64,000 nucleotides of DNA from a virus: IMG/VR virus record IMGVR_UViG_3300033156_000312, positions 18,046 to 82,045 of that record; one strand, given 5' to 3'. The notes below the pieces were generated by a model. It searched no databases. It was not told where the DNA came from and saw only the letters and a list, made by a program, of their open reading frames with translations. Positions 48,310 to 57,804 of the stretch are shown one piece after another (the stretch's first letter is position 1; the number at the start of each line of letters is the position of its first letter). Position numbers and translations under genes: made by a program.

Positions 48310-48873
48310 TTAATCCCAACTCAGGACATCCATTACTCCCAATCCAAATTTATAACGATTAACTAATTTTTCTATTTTTTCTTCTTTATCCATAGTTTTA
48401 GGATAACGCACTGTAACATTAGGCAATCTGTATTCGCTGTAATCTGGTTTAATTAAAATTGAAGAAACGATTGCAATTAAATCCATACTTCTATTATCAG
48501 GAGCTGGAAATATATCTCCATTCTCTATTTCAAAATCTGACTGTTGATAATCAAAAATACTAATCCACGTCAAAGCTCCTTTGACGTATTCAGTTAATTC
48601 TGAATCGCTATACTTATAATAAGTATATTTTACTACTATATTATCTCCTTTGCTTAGTCCCGTTACACTTAAAGTAATTTCGTTGTTGATAGAATCATAA
48701 CTATATTCGCCAGTGTCTAATTCGACTCCGTTTAGTGTAACTTTGATTATAGATTCAATATTTTCTTCTGCTAAAGTAAATACAGGAGAAGTAGTATAAG
48801 AAAATGCCTCAAAACTTGATTTTTCTAAGTCTTCAATTAAAGCTCTAATTTTAGGACGGATTTCGGAAATCAC
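48310..48873 (-). CDS. Head-tail adaptor-like protein (GTG start at 48873)
   Basis: AAGGAGG before GTG; IR.LI.D, YSD.EL; downstream of capsid. Confidence 0.6.
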   Translation of the reverse strand: MISEIRPKIRALIEDLEKSSFEAFSYTTSPVFTLAEENIESIIKVTLNGVELDTGEYSYDSINNEITLSVTGLSKGDNIVVKYTYYKYSDSELTEYVKGALTWISIFDYQQSDFEIENGDIFPAPDNRSMDLIAIVSSILIKPDYSEYRLPNVTVRYPKTMDKEEKIEKLVNRYKFGLGVMDVLSWD

Positions 48874-49330
48874 AATATTCCTCCTTATCTTTTTCTTCTT
48901 TAATATATTTTCGGCAGAGGAGTATCTCTTTTCCTCTATCTCCGACAAATTTAAAATTATTGTGAAGTAATACTTTTCTAAATGGATGATTTTTCTTTAT
49001 TTTAGCAAATAAATCGCATCCAACATGCCATAGAAGCACTTTAAGTAATCTATCTCCAGCTTCTGCATCTTTTATTAATGGTTTAATATAAATTCTTTTA
49101 GAATTGTCTGAAAATCCTGTTACAAAAATTATACCGTCTTTCATACTATAAACTATCTTATCACCTTTCTCTAAGTAGTCATACAATATATGTGAATTGT
49201 CTTTTATAAATAATCTAAGATTACTTCTTGTTATATAAAAATCACTATAGACATCAAGAGTTTCTTGTATAATATCTTCTATCACTTTTTTTTCTTTACT
49301 TCCTACTTTTCCTGACTTGAATATAAGCAT
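48851..49330 (-). CDS. Hypothetical protein, possible GNAT fold
   Basis: YIK....G..LL..L, N.....L....F...G pattern. Confidence 0.35.
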   Translation of the reverse strand: MLIFKSGKVGSKEKKVIEDIIQETLDVYSDFYITRSNLRLFIKDNSHILYDYLEKGDKIVYSMKDGIIFVTGFSDNSKRIYIKPLIKDAEAGDRLLKVLLWHVGCDLFAKIKKNHPFRKVLLHNNFKFVGDRGKEILLCRKYIKEEKDKEEYCDFRNPS

Positions 49331-49354
49331 TGTCTTTCTCCTTACTGTTAGAAA

Positions 49355-49395
49355 GTGAAAGGGGGTTTAAGGGGTTACCTGTCGCCCCCTCTCAC
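49355..49395 (-). terminator. Stem-loop terminator after major capsid gene
   Basis: - strand GTGAGAGGGGG...CCCCCTTTCAC followed by TTTCT. Confidence 0.7.
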
Positions 49396-49410
49396 GAATT
49401 GTTCTATAGC

Positions 49411-50412
49411 TTAGACTGCCAACGTAGCATCTGATGTGCAGATTGCTAACGGATTGACAATAGCCATCACTAAACTTTCATAGGCATAAACACCATAAGC
49501 GAGCAAGTTAGAAACTGCTCCACCAGTGGTTGTGCCAGCTATGACAGGAGTAGGATTTACGATTGTTGCTCTTTGAGTATTATCGACCTCCGCACCCATT
49601 AGCTTCGCTATTTCGGGAGAAATTCTCCTTCTAACGAACTTTACGGGTTTGCCCTGTGCCAACCTTGAATTCTTCGCAACCATTATCATGTGCTTTTTAT
49701 TAAGAATCTGCGTGTCGGCCTGTGCCCCACCAGCTACATCAGCTTTAACTTTACCGAATACTTTGATAACCTGTATGCCCTGTGTTCTTAGCATCTCGTC
49801 AAGACCGACACGATAATTGAAAGTAGAAGCGTTCTCTTTCGCATAAAGGTCAATCTTTTCTTTAACTGTATTACCAACTAAAAGAACATATCCGTCACCA
49901 TAGTCTTCGAGCTTATGTTTCATAGCCATTATAACATCATATAGGTCTTCTCCCGTTTCGGCATCTCTTGACTGAATTGACGCACCAGACGGTAGATTAC
50001 TTTCAAAACTTCCCGTATCAGCAGTGGCTTCTATCGCATTGATAAGAAGCAAAAGCTCTCTCTTATCGAGACCACGAGTAATTTTCTCTTTCTTTCTTGC
50101 TAATACCTGAGTATCAGGACTACCAAGAACACTATCTACCAGCACGAATTCGAGTCTTGAATTGAAGCCAGCGAAACTGATTTCAGTATCTCCTATAGGG
50201 TCTTTCTTGATAGGATTTATTTTCCCATCGCCATCAACCGCAAGGATAACCTCAGCTTCGTCATCAACAGAAGAATGTATCCAAACCTTTTCACCAGGTT
50301 CTGCGGGTGGCAGAACGTCTGCTATCGCCGATAATTCAAACGATACAGGTTTTCTGGTATCAATAGGTTCGCCTATTAATCTTGCTATTTCAAGAGTTAT
50401 GTTTTTATCCAT
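49411..50412 (-). CDS. Major capsid protein
   Basis: 333 aa, directly after protease/scaffold, higher-GC high-expression codon usage, followed by terminator. Confidence 0.75.
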   Translation of the reverse strand: MDKNITLEIARLIGEPIDTRKPVSFELSAIADVLPPAEPGEKVWIHSSVDDEAEVILAVDGDGKINPIKKDPIGDTEISFAGFNSRLEFVLVDSVLGSPDTQVLARKKEKITRGLDKRELLLLINAIEATADTGSFESNLPSGASIQSRDAETGEDLYDVIMAMKHKLEDYGDGYVLLVGNTVKEKIDLYAKENASTFNYRVGLDEMLRTQGIQVIKVFGKVKADVAGGAQADTQILNKKHMIMVAKNSRLAQGKPVKFVRRRISPEIAKLMGAEVDNTQRATIVNPTPVIAGTTTGGAVSNLLAYGVYAYESLVMAIVNPLAICTSDATLAV

Positions 50413-50486
50413 GATTTTAACCTTTTACTATAAATTTCTTTGTCAAACTATCTTCTTTGACTATTTATCTTTTAGTCTTATCTTTA

Positions 50487-52970
50487 TTATTCTTTATATC
50501 CAAAGGCATCTTTGTCAATTTGGTCGTGCATCTTCTTGTAGTAATCATCATCTTTCTTCTTTGACCCAACGACATCAGTGCCTGTTTCAAGTTTTGCCCT
50601 TAAACTTGCATTTTCCATCTCTACTTTGGCTTTAGAGAACTTATCGTCATTAAGAATATCCTCATCAGATATTTCATAATCACCAAGTTCTGCTCGCCTT
50701 TTGAGAATTTCTTGAGCTTTTTCAGCATAAAGCTTTATTTTCTTTTTGGCTTCTATTAATTCTTTTGCCAATTTATTAATACCAGCTTTATGTCTCTCTA
50801 AAAGAGATTTCATCTTTAACTGTCTTGCTCTGCGTAGAATTTTTCTTCTCACAGACTCAACAGATACTCCCAATCTCTTTAGCGTAGCTTTGGGCTTAGG
50901 TTGTCCAAGTCTTGCTAAAGCATTTCTTACATGAGCTTCATCATGTATTGGGAACATTCTAATCTTTCTCATTTTGCCAGTTTTCTTGTTCTTAACCTTT
51001 ACTACTACTGCAAACATTTTATCAGAAATTCCTTTTCGTTCCTGATATGTCAATTTCTTTGCTTCATCTTCTTTCTTAGCTTGTCCTGGGCCTGGGCGGT
51101 CTGCTCGCCTCATTTGTCCACCACATTTAGCACATTTTAAATCTTTACAATGTTTATCAGTCGTTATCTTATATCCGCATTTGATACATGAACAGTCAAA
51201 TTTTTGACTAACTTCAATGTCTTCAAATTCTTCGTTATCTATTATCTCATATTCAAATCGAGCTTCTACTGGCTCTTCAACTTTAGACTCCTCTTTCTTC
51301 TCTTCAGCAGGTTTTTCTTCAGTCTTCTCTTCGACTTTAGTTTCTTCTGCTTTTTCGGGAGTCTTTTCATCTTCTGTTTCTTCGGCTTTAGGAGCTTCCT
51401 TTGCCTCTTCAGCTTTCGGTTCTTCAGTCTTTTCGACCTTCTCTTCTTTAGCTTTTTCGGCTTCTGGTTGCTCTTTCTTCGCCTCTTCAGCTTTATCCTC
51501 GGTCTTTGGAGTCTCTTCTTTCTTCGGCTCTTCGACTGTCGGCTTTTCAACTTTTTCTTCTTTAGGTTCTGCTTTGGCTTCTGTTGGCTTTTCTTCTGCC
51601 TTAGCTTCTTCCTTTTTAGCTTCAGCTTTTCGTTCAGAAATAACTTTCTTATTCTCTTCTTCAGAGCTTTTCAGGAAATCATGCTCTTTCTTTTCATCTT
51701 TTTTCTCAGAAGCCGTAACTTTTTTCTCATCTTTCATTTCTTTTCCTCCTTCTTCCGAAGTTTCTTTCTTATCTGCGATAATTATCTCTTCTATTTTACT
51801 TATTTGTTTATATGATTCTTTAGTAATATCATACGAATATTCTAAACCACATCTCTTACATTTTACAGTTTTTATCTTTAATTTGGATGAACCTACGACC
51901 TCGTTTACTTTACCGCACTGTAAACAAGTAGTTCTACCCATATATATAAAATTCATATTTTGAACTAATTCATTCACTTTCTTTTTAGCCCAAGTAACTT
52001 TGTATTCTTTTGCACAATGCAAACATCTTAATTTTGCACCCGTTTCAGTTTTTTGTAATAATCTCCAACTACTGGTATGACAACTTGGACACATCACCTT
52101 AAAATCAATTAATTGAGGAGGATATATCATTTTACCAGATTTACCAAGAATAGCAAAACATTTAGGACATTTAATGTCTCCCAATAATTTAGGTTCAAAC
52201 TCTTCACCACAATTTTCGCATTTGATTTTTGTAGAAACTTGAGTAGTTATAGTGTTATCTGATTTAGGAGTTTCTTCTGAACTTGTAGTCATATCATCAC
52301 CAATCCAACACGTTTCACCATTGCAAGTTATGATGTCTTCGGCATCATATTTTTTGGCAAATATTAAATTCTCTTCTATTGCTTCAGAATTTTTCTTTGC
52401 TAATTCTAACACTTTAGCATCTTCAAAGGCAGGTTCTTCTTTGAAAAGCAATGCTCCTCCTGCGATTTCTTGCTGAAGTAACTCAAAAGTGCCATCTTTT
52501 AATTTTCTTTTTTTATTTTTCGGACACCAAATTTCATAAGAAGTTGCCAGTTTTTTGGCTTTGAAGAGCTTTTTAGCTTCTTCCCACTCTTCGCCAAAAT
52601 TAGCTTTATAAAATACGCCATAGGCAACAACCATATCTTCCTTTTGTTTATATCTATAATCAATATAATGACCTATTACATACCTTCTTTGATGGTCAAT
52701 ATCAACTGGTTTACCAATCATACTTGGTAAAGCTTTGAGTAATGCCTTTTTTGGTAGACGGGTTCGATTTTTGTTTGCTTTATCTGCAAACGTGTAAATA
52801 GTCTTAAACCCTGCTAAAGCTTTATTGTTTTTTAAATTTATACCTTTTGCTTTAGCTATCTCTATAAGTTCGTCTTTTTCTTTACCCTCTTCAAGAATTT
52901 CTGTCTCTGAATGTTGTTCATAATCCTTTAAAAACTCTATTGCATCTACATTAGTGATTCTATTATTCAT
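50487..52970 (-). CDS. Prohead protease/scaffold with Zn ribbons, E/K-rich linker and DUF6582-like domain
   Basis: NKN..L..MIGKPVDIDH..VIGH, TSYE, GGALL..PAF..A; multiple CxxC pairs; LT..ERK.I...F..RMFPIHDEAHVRNALAR. Confidence 0.8.
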   Translation of the reverse strand: MNNRITNVDAIEFLKDYEQHSETEILEEGKEKDELIEIAKAKGINLKNNKALAGFKTIYTFADKANKNRTRLPKKALLKALPSMIGKPVDIDHQRRYVIGHYIDYRYKQKEDMVVAYGVFYKANFGEEWEEAKKLFKAKKLATSYEIWCPKNKKRKLKDGTFELLQQEIAGGALLFKEEPAFEDAKVLELAKKNSEAIEENLIFAKKYDAEDIITCNGETCWIGDDMTTSSEETPKSDNTITTQVSTKIKCENCGEEFEPKLLGDIKCPKCFAILGKSGKMIYPPQLIDFKVMCPSCHTSSWRLLQKTETGAKLRCLHCAKEYKVTWAKKKVNELVQNMNFIYMGRTTCLQCGKVNEVVGSSKLKIKTVKCKRCGLEYSYDITKESYKQISKIEEIIIADKKETSEEGGKEMKDEKKVTASEKKDEKKEHDFLKSSEEENKKVISERKAEAKKEEAKAEEKPTEAKAEPKEEKVEKPTVEEPKKEETPKTEDKAEEAKKEQPEAEKAKEEKVEKTEEPKAEEAKEAPKAEETEDEKTPEKAEETKVEEKTEEKPAEEKKEESKVEEPVEARFEYEIIDNEEFEDIEVSQKFDCSCIKCGYKITTDKHCKDLKCAKCGGQMRRADRPGPGQAKKEDEAKKLTYQERKGISDKMFAVVVKVKNKKTGKMRKIRMFPIHDEAHVRNALARLGQPKPKATLKRLGVSVESVRRKILRRARQLKMKSLLERHKAGINKLAKELIEAKKKIKLYAEKAQEILKRRAELGDYEISDEDILNDDKFSKAKVEMENASLRAKLETGTDVVGSKKKDDDYYKKMHDQIDKDAFGYKE

Positions 52971-52994
52971 TTTACTTCCTCCTCAGAATTTTTA

Positions 52995-53426
52995 TTAATA
53001 ATTTTCTAAATTTATTCCTTGTTCTAAAAATAAATTATTAAATTTCGTTACTTGTTCTTCCATTAATTTTTGTTGAGAATATAAATAGTCTCTTATCGTT
53101 TTGATTTCCGCAAAATTTCGATATTGTAATTCAGTAATAAAACTTGGTGCTTCTTTAGCAAGTTCAAGTCTTTCGATGGGATTAAATTCTTTAGCAAAAT
53201 TATGTAAAAAGAATTCTATCGAAAAATTATCTTCTGCAAAAATCTTTTTAATTGTAGGACAATTTTCATCACATTTCCCTATTGCAGTTCTTTTTAAATA
53301 TTTTTTATTTTGATTGTCATAAAAAATAATTGTTTCTTCGCTATTATCATCTACAAATAAATGCTCTTCGTCTTTTCCATAAATAATAATACTCAAATTG
53401 TGAATGTCGCAATAAATCGTTTTCAT
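52995..53426 (-). CDS. Hypothetical protein
   Basis: ORF track, AAGGA SD. Confidence 0.5.
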   Translation of the reverse strand: MKTIYCDIHNLSIIIYGKDEEHLFVDDNSEETIIFYDNQNKKYLKRTAIGKCDENCPTIKKIFAEDNFSIEFFLHNFAKEFNPIERLELAKEAPSFITELQYRNFAEIKTIRDYLYSQQKLMEEQVTKFNNLFLEQGINLENY

Positions 53427-53441
53427 ACATTTTATTCCTTA

Positions 53442-53978
53442 TTATTTTTCGCTGATTTCAACATCATCAAACAAGAACGAATAACTTGTGCTATAATTGT
53501 TACCGCCAATACCTACATATCCAGAAATAATGCTATGGTCAGTATCTTCAACAGTTGTTATTAAATTCCAAGTCCCACTTATATATTCTTCTACTGATAA
53601 TTGAAATCCATCTACTCTAAATCTTGTCTTAACATAAATATTATAACCTTGATAAGAAATTACCTGACTTAATAACGTAGCAACCCCATTAACAATACGA
53701 TATATTGCATATTTTCTATAATTTGTATAGGCATATATCATTAGTTTATAGTAATTGTAAATAGAATCATCTGAACGAAGTATCATTGCACCAACTTGCC
53801 TGCCACCGTTTTCATTAGTCCAGGGTTTTATAGTTGCAACTACTTCACAATCAGTCAAATTATTTCGAGCATTCCATAACATATATTTAGTGCCAGATAA
53901 TTGACATCTTTTTGAGCCTCCGACATCTATGACTGCTTGTCCTCCGTTACCTGATATATTCCAATTTGATTTTCCCAT
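53442..53978 (-). CDS. ConA/lectin-like beta-sandwich virion protein
   Basis: LR..D..NYY, SGYVGIG, FDDVEI. Confidence 0.6.
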   Translation of the reverse strand: MGKSNWNISGNGGQAVIDVGGSKRCQLSGTKYMLWNARNNLTDCEVVATIKPWTNENGGRQVGAMILRSDDSIYNYYKLMIYAYTNYRKYAIYRIVNGVATLLSQVISYQGYNIYVKTRFRVDGFQLSVEEYISGTWNLITTVEDTDHSIISGYVGIGGNNYSTSYSFLFDDVEISEK

Positions 53979-53994
53979 TTTTGCCTCTCAATTA

Positions 53995-54423
53995 TTACGT
54001 TTCGTCCCAACTCGTATCTTCAAAGTCTTCTATAAATAAAGATACAAACACATTATTAACAAACCAATTATTTTCAAAATTATCTATAAATAATTGTGTA
54101 AAAATATTATCAGCAAACCATTCATTCTCAAATAAATCTTCAAATAATTTTGTAAAAGTATTGTCGACAAACCATTCATCTTCAAAGCTATCGAAAAATA
54201 TTGTAGGCAAATTATCGGGAATTGAACCGACCTCATTTTGCCATTTATAATACCATTTATCCTCAGATTTAATATAAAATTCGATTCTTTTTCTTTCAGT
54301 GTTATAACCCATCACATTTTCAGATGGATGTGCTATTCTTGTTGTATCTGTCCAAGTGCGAGATAAATAATTTGTATTATTTTCTTGTAAATATTTTAAT
54401 TTTCCAGCTAAACTATTTCTCAT
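53995..54423 (-). CDS. Virion protein with 18-aa F.D.FE..WF repeats
   Basis: WT..TR.A.P....GYNT....EF N-terminus; three and a half acidic/aromatic repeats. Confidence 0.6.
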   Translation of the reverse strand: MRNSLAGKLKYLQENNTNYLSRTWTDTTRIAHPSENVMGYNTERKRIEFYIKSEDKWYYKWQNEVGSIPDNLPTIFFDSFEDEWFVDNTFTKLFEDLFENEWFADNIFTQLFIDNFENNWFVNNVFVSLFIEDFEDTSWDET

Positions 54424-54432
54424 AATCCATTC

Positions 54433-55659
54433 CTATTTCTGAATTATTATTTTTGCTCTTCCAATAGCTACTGCACTTCCACTATCATTATAAAGTCTAA
54501 TATTATTTGCATCGTGATAAATAATAGTAAACACACCTTCTCCATTAATCCACTGGTCTTGATAAGTTCCAGCAGAAGGTTTAAACATTACAGTAGCTTG
54601 AACAAATTGTTTCCCTAATCCGTGATTTATTGTTTCAAAGTTTGCTCCGTCTGCTTGCAATTCTATTGTATTTGTGTAAACATCGGATATTAAATTATCT
54701 AAAGCCTCTTTAATAGTGTCTCCTGCAACTGAAGAATCGTTCTTAATTGACTCTCCTTCTGTTAAATGAGATAAAATAGGATTCCCTATTAAAGTTAAAC
54801 TGTTAGGATAAGATATACTATCAAAATCAGCGTATAAAGAAGAATCTGTAAATTTTTCAATTGTAGTAGCTCCTTGCAGAAAAGACCCAACACAAGATAA
54901 ATATAAACCATCAGTAGCTCCTACTGTCTTTGCAATTGTAGTTCCATAAAATTGACTTGATTCTATTATATAATAACTACCATATCCACTATAGTCATAT
55001 ACAGGATTATCTACAGTAATATAACTATTTCCCCATGTAGATACTCCATGATAAAGAACATAAGTATTTTTTATATCTAAATTCCCCGCTAAAAATACCG
55101 TATCATATACTTGGAAATAATCTCTTGCCATTCCTTTGCCATGAAATATAACATCTCCTCTTATATTACATCCAGACAATTCAAAAACACAATAATTGGA
55201 TAAAGGCGTTATAATAGTTCTTAACACTTTAATCAAATTAATAGTAGAATAATCTGTTCTACTAATCGTTATATTTTTAAACCCAGTATACCCGTCTTCT
55301 TGGCCGCTACCATCTTGAGCGTTCCATATTAAACTTCTACCTGGCCTGACTTTTATTACTGAACTTTGCATTTGATAACCTTCTACAAAAACGCATGTTT
55401 TGATTGGTAAATCAGAGTCTGGTTCAACAGTTTTACCTAAAATTTTAATAACATATCTTTTAGTTATTGAGTTATCGTTTATAGAAGATACTGCATCGAA
55501 ATAAGTTTTATACGGTTTATATTCACTTCCATCAGCAGTATAAGAGTCAGTTCTATAACCATCTACATATATAATAGTAGAATTCGTCAAAAAACTGTTA
55601 TCTAACATTTTTTGTCGTCTACCTGTGTATGGATTAAATACATATTTATATTCTTTCAT
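54433..55659 (-). CDS. Beta-helix (pectin-lyase-like) virion protein
   Basis: FNPYTG, IYVD..R.D.Y..DGS..KPYKT...A; NDSSV.G.T.K.ALD.L; NHGLG. Confidence 0.65.
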   Translation of the reverse strand: MKEYKYVFNPYTGRRQKMLDNSFLTNSTIIYVDGYRTDSYTADGSEYKPYKTYFDAVSSINDNSITKRYVIKILGKTVEPDSDLPIKTCVFVEGYQMQSSVIKVRPGRSLIWNAQDGSGQEDGYTGFKNITISRTDYSTINLIKVLRTIITPLSNYCVFELSGCNIRGDVIFHGKGMARDYFQVYDTVFLAGNLDIKNTYVLYHGVSTWGNSYITVDNPVYDYSGYGSYYIIESSQFYGTTIAKTVGATDGLYLSCVGSFLQGATTIEKFTDSSLYADFDSISYPNSLTLIGNPILSHLTEGESIKNDSSVAGDTIKEALDNLISDVYTNTIELQADGANFETINHGLGKQFVQATVMFKPSAGTYQDQWINGEGVFTIIYHDANNIRLYNDSGSAVAIGRAKIIIQK

Positions 55660-55671
55660 TTTATTCCTCTT

Positions 55672-55957
55672 TTATAATTTAGAGTAAACTTTATACTCTA
55701 ATGCAGTCCGATTTTCCCAAACACCTGTAGCATATCTATATTCTGAAAGGTCTGACTTCTCTCTCATAATTATTGTCTGTCCTTTTGGATGAACATATCT
55801 ATAATAATTATAAGTTTCTCCTGTTTCTTCTCCAGCTTCATTTTCAGTTACATCATGAAATATATAATCTGTTAATGGGGCTTTCTTCCAATCTGTTCTA
55901 CCTACTGCCCCCCCCCCCCTCTATGAAAAAATTTATAATTTTTTGAATTATACTCAT
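55672..55957 (-). pseudogene. Small virion-type gene frameshifted at a G12 tract
   Basis: ATG 55957 after GAGG SD reads MSIIQKIINFFIEGGGGSR*; deleting one G gives a 94-aa ORF ending W.NR.AL.Y..YSKL that fills the whole gap. Confidence 0.75.
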
Positions 55958-55958
55958 A

Positions 55959-57791
55959 TTATCCTCTCTTATTCTTTTTGTCAAAAGCTTGTTCTATTTC
56001 TGCCTTTTCTATCTCTTCAATTATTTCTACTATTTGGGCTTTAGTTAAACTCTTTTTTCTTATCCACTTCTTACCACTTTTCTTATATTTAAGTTTAACA
56101 TTCCTCCAAGCACTTTGTCTTGCTTTGTTTTCATCTTTAGTTTCTCTATAAACAGCATTAAAAGTTTTTATCCATATTCTTCTTGCCCCTACTGGGAGAC
56201 TTTTTAATTGTGCAGGGTAATTTTTTAAAGTATAAGGAGCCGTTATTAAATCAGGATTTTTGCTTTTGATTAAATCTATTTGAGTTACAGCTTTTCCACA
56301 TTTAGGACATTTAACCCAGCCCATTCCTGCTTCAGTTTCAGTAAGCATATCAAAAATATTTCCGCATTTTTTGCATTTTGCAAATGCTTCCATTTTTCCA
56401 ATATCATAATTTTTCTTTTCTGGGCCTTTCTTATCATCAGGAATTTCATCTTCTTCTGTATCTAAATCGGCAGGTAAATCTATCCCTTGACCTTCTCGAT
56501 TTTCTCTCACAGGAGGATATAATTTTTCGCTAATGCCTTCCGCCTCTTCCTTCTCTCTTCTATGAACCTCTGTTTTGAAATCAACTTCAGCAATCAATTC
56601 TACTGCCGTTTGAGATGATATTCTACCTCTATCATAAAGAGAACGAATAAGAGTTTTGAAATCTTCAGTCATAAACCCTTTAACGGGAGAAGAACTTATA
56701 TAGAAATTACCATTCATATATTTTATGTGACTTTTGTTTTTTTCTATGATTAGAAGCACTAATTGTTTTAGAATCTGTTTAAAATCTTCTACACCAGTTT
56801 TTACTTCTTCTATAAATACTCTTGGATTTAGGACACTTTCTCTTCTTGATGTCGAAACTGCTTCTACTACATCTATAAATCCAAGTCCTGCAAGTATATT
56901 CTTTTCTGCTACTACAAATAAATCTCTATTAAATAATTTTGCCAAATCTGGAATTACATCTTCAATCGTTTCATCAAATTGAGTAACTCTCATAGGAGAT
57001 TTTACATTTTTTTCTCCTATCTTTGTAGTTTTCAAATCATTCATTAAATCTTGGAATTGTTTTTTAACTTGTAGTAATTCTTCATCACTATAAATTTTGA
57101 TATTATTTCTTGCTAATTCTGCTGAACCCTTTTTAATCAATCTCATATAAGGAATTACCTGTTCAAGCAATTCTATCTCTTTGTTTTTTAGAGATTGTAT
57201 AATTTTCCAGTTGTGATAAACGCCTCTCTTTATTAGATATGGAGTAGGGTATTTATCAAACCATCTCCCATAAGGTCGAGAGAAGATATAACCATTATCC
57301 ATTTTAGTCTCCATACTCTTCCCTAAATAATAATCATAGCTTCCAATAGTCAATACGTCATCATCTTTCACATCTTTAGCGTGAATACTCTCTCCATCCA
57401 CAAAAAACATCTTTGTAGGAAGAATAATTCCATTCTTAGTAGATTCCCATTTAGAGACTCGAAGAACTGGAAAGGAAGAATATTTCCATCGTTCTTTAAA
57501 ATATTCTTTTGCTAAAGGCTTGATTCCTACAGGAGTTTTACCATTATACCCTTTATTAAGAACAAATAACCACTCCTCTAATATTTTGGTAAATCTTTCA
57601 TTATCTGTTTCAATATTAAAGTCCACACAAGCAGTATTTACCGCAAAATCTGTCAAAGAATCAACCAACCCAGAGACATCATCTTCTTGCATTGTTCTCA
57701 CAACTTTTACTTGATTGTGATAATCACTGGGCACAGTGATTTTCTTTAACATCATTGATAATACATAATTAAGATATAAAGAAGTATCCAT
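55959..57791 (-). CDS. Portal protein with C-terminal Zn ribbon and ChaB-like domain (ATG 57791)
   Basis: Directly after terminase; AGGAG SD; CKKC..CPKC; LP.GAR.IW..TFN.VY....DE..A...AW..VK..YKK....W. Confidence 0.75.
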   Translation of the reverse strand: MDTSLYLNYVLSMMLKKITVPSDYHNQVKVVRTMQEDDVSGLVDSLTDFAVNTACVDFNIETDNERFTKILEEWLFVLNKGYNGKTPVGIKPLAKEYFKERWKYSSFPVLRVSKWESTKNGIILPTKMFFVDGESIHAKDVKDDDVLTIGSYDYYLGKSMETKMDNGYIFSRPYGRWFDKYPTPYLIKRGVYHNWKIIQSLKNKEIELLEQVIPYMRLIKKGSAELARNNIKIYSDEELLQVKKQFQDLMNDLKTTKIGEKNVKSPMRVTQFDETIEDVIPDLAKLFNRDLFVVAEKNILAGLGFIDVVEAVSTSRRESVLNPRVFIEEVKTGVEDFKQILKQLVLLIIEKNKSHIKYMNGNFYISSSPVKGFMTEDFKTLIRSLYDRGRISSQTAVELIAEVDFKTEVHRREKEEAEGISEKLYPPVRENREGQGIDLPADLDTEEDEIPDDKKGPEKKNYDIGKMEAFAKCKKCGNIFDMLTETEAGMGWVKCPKCGKAVTQIDLIKSKNPDLITAPYTLKNYPAQLKSLPVGARRIWIKTFNAVYRETKDENKARQSAWRNVKLKYKKSGKKWIRKKSLTKAQIVEIIEEIEKAEIEQAFDKKNKRG

Positions 57792-57804
57792 ACTTTGTCT
57801 CCTT

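Noticed and set aside
51204-51963. Long + strand ORFs (203 and 248 aa) and a - strand 94-aa ORF
   Set aside because: Shadows of the low-complexity E/K-rich linker of the protease/scaffold; S/F-rich and no SD
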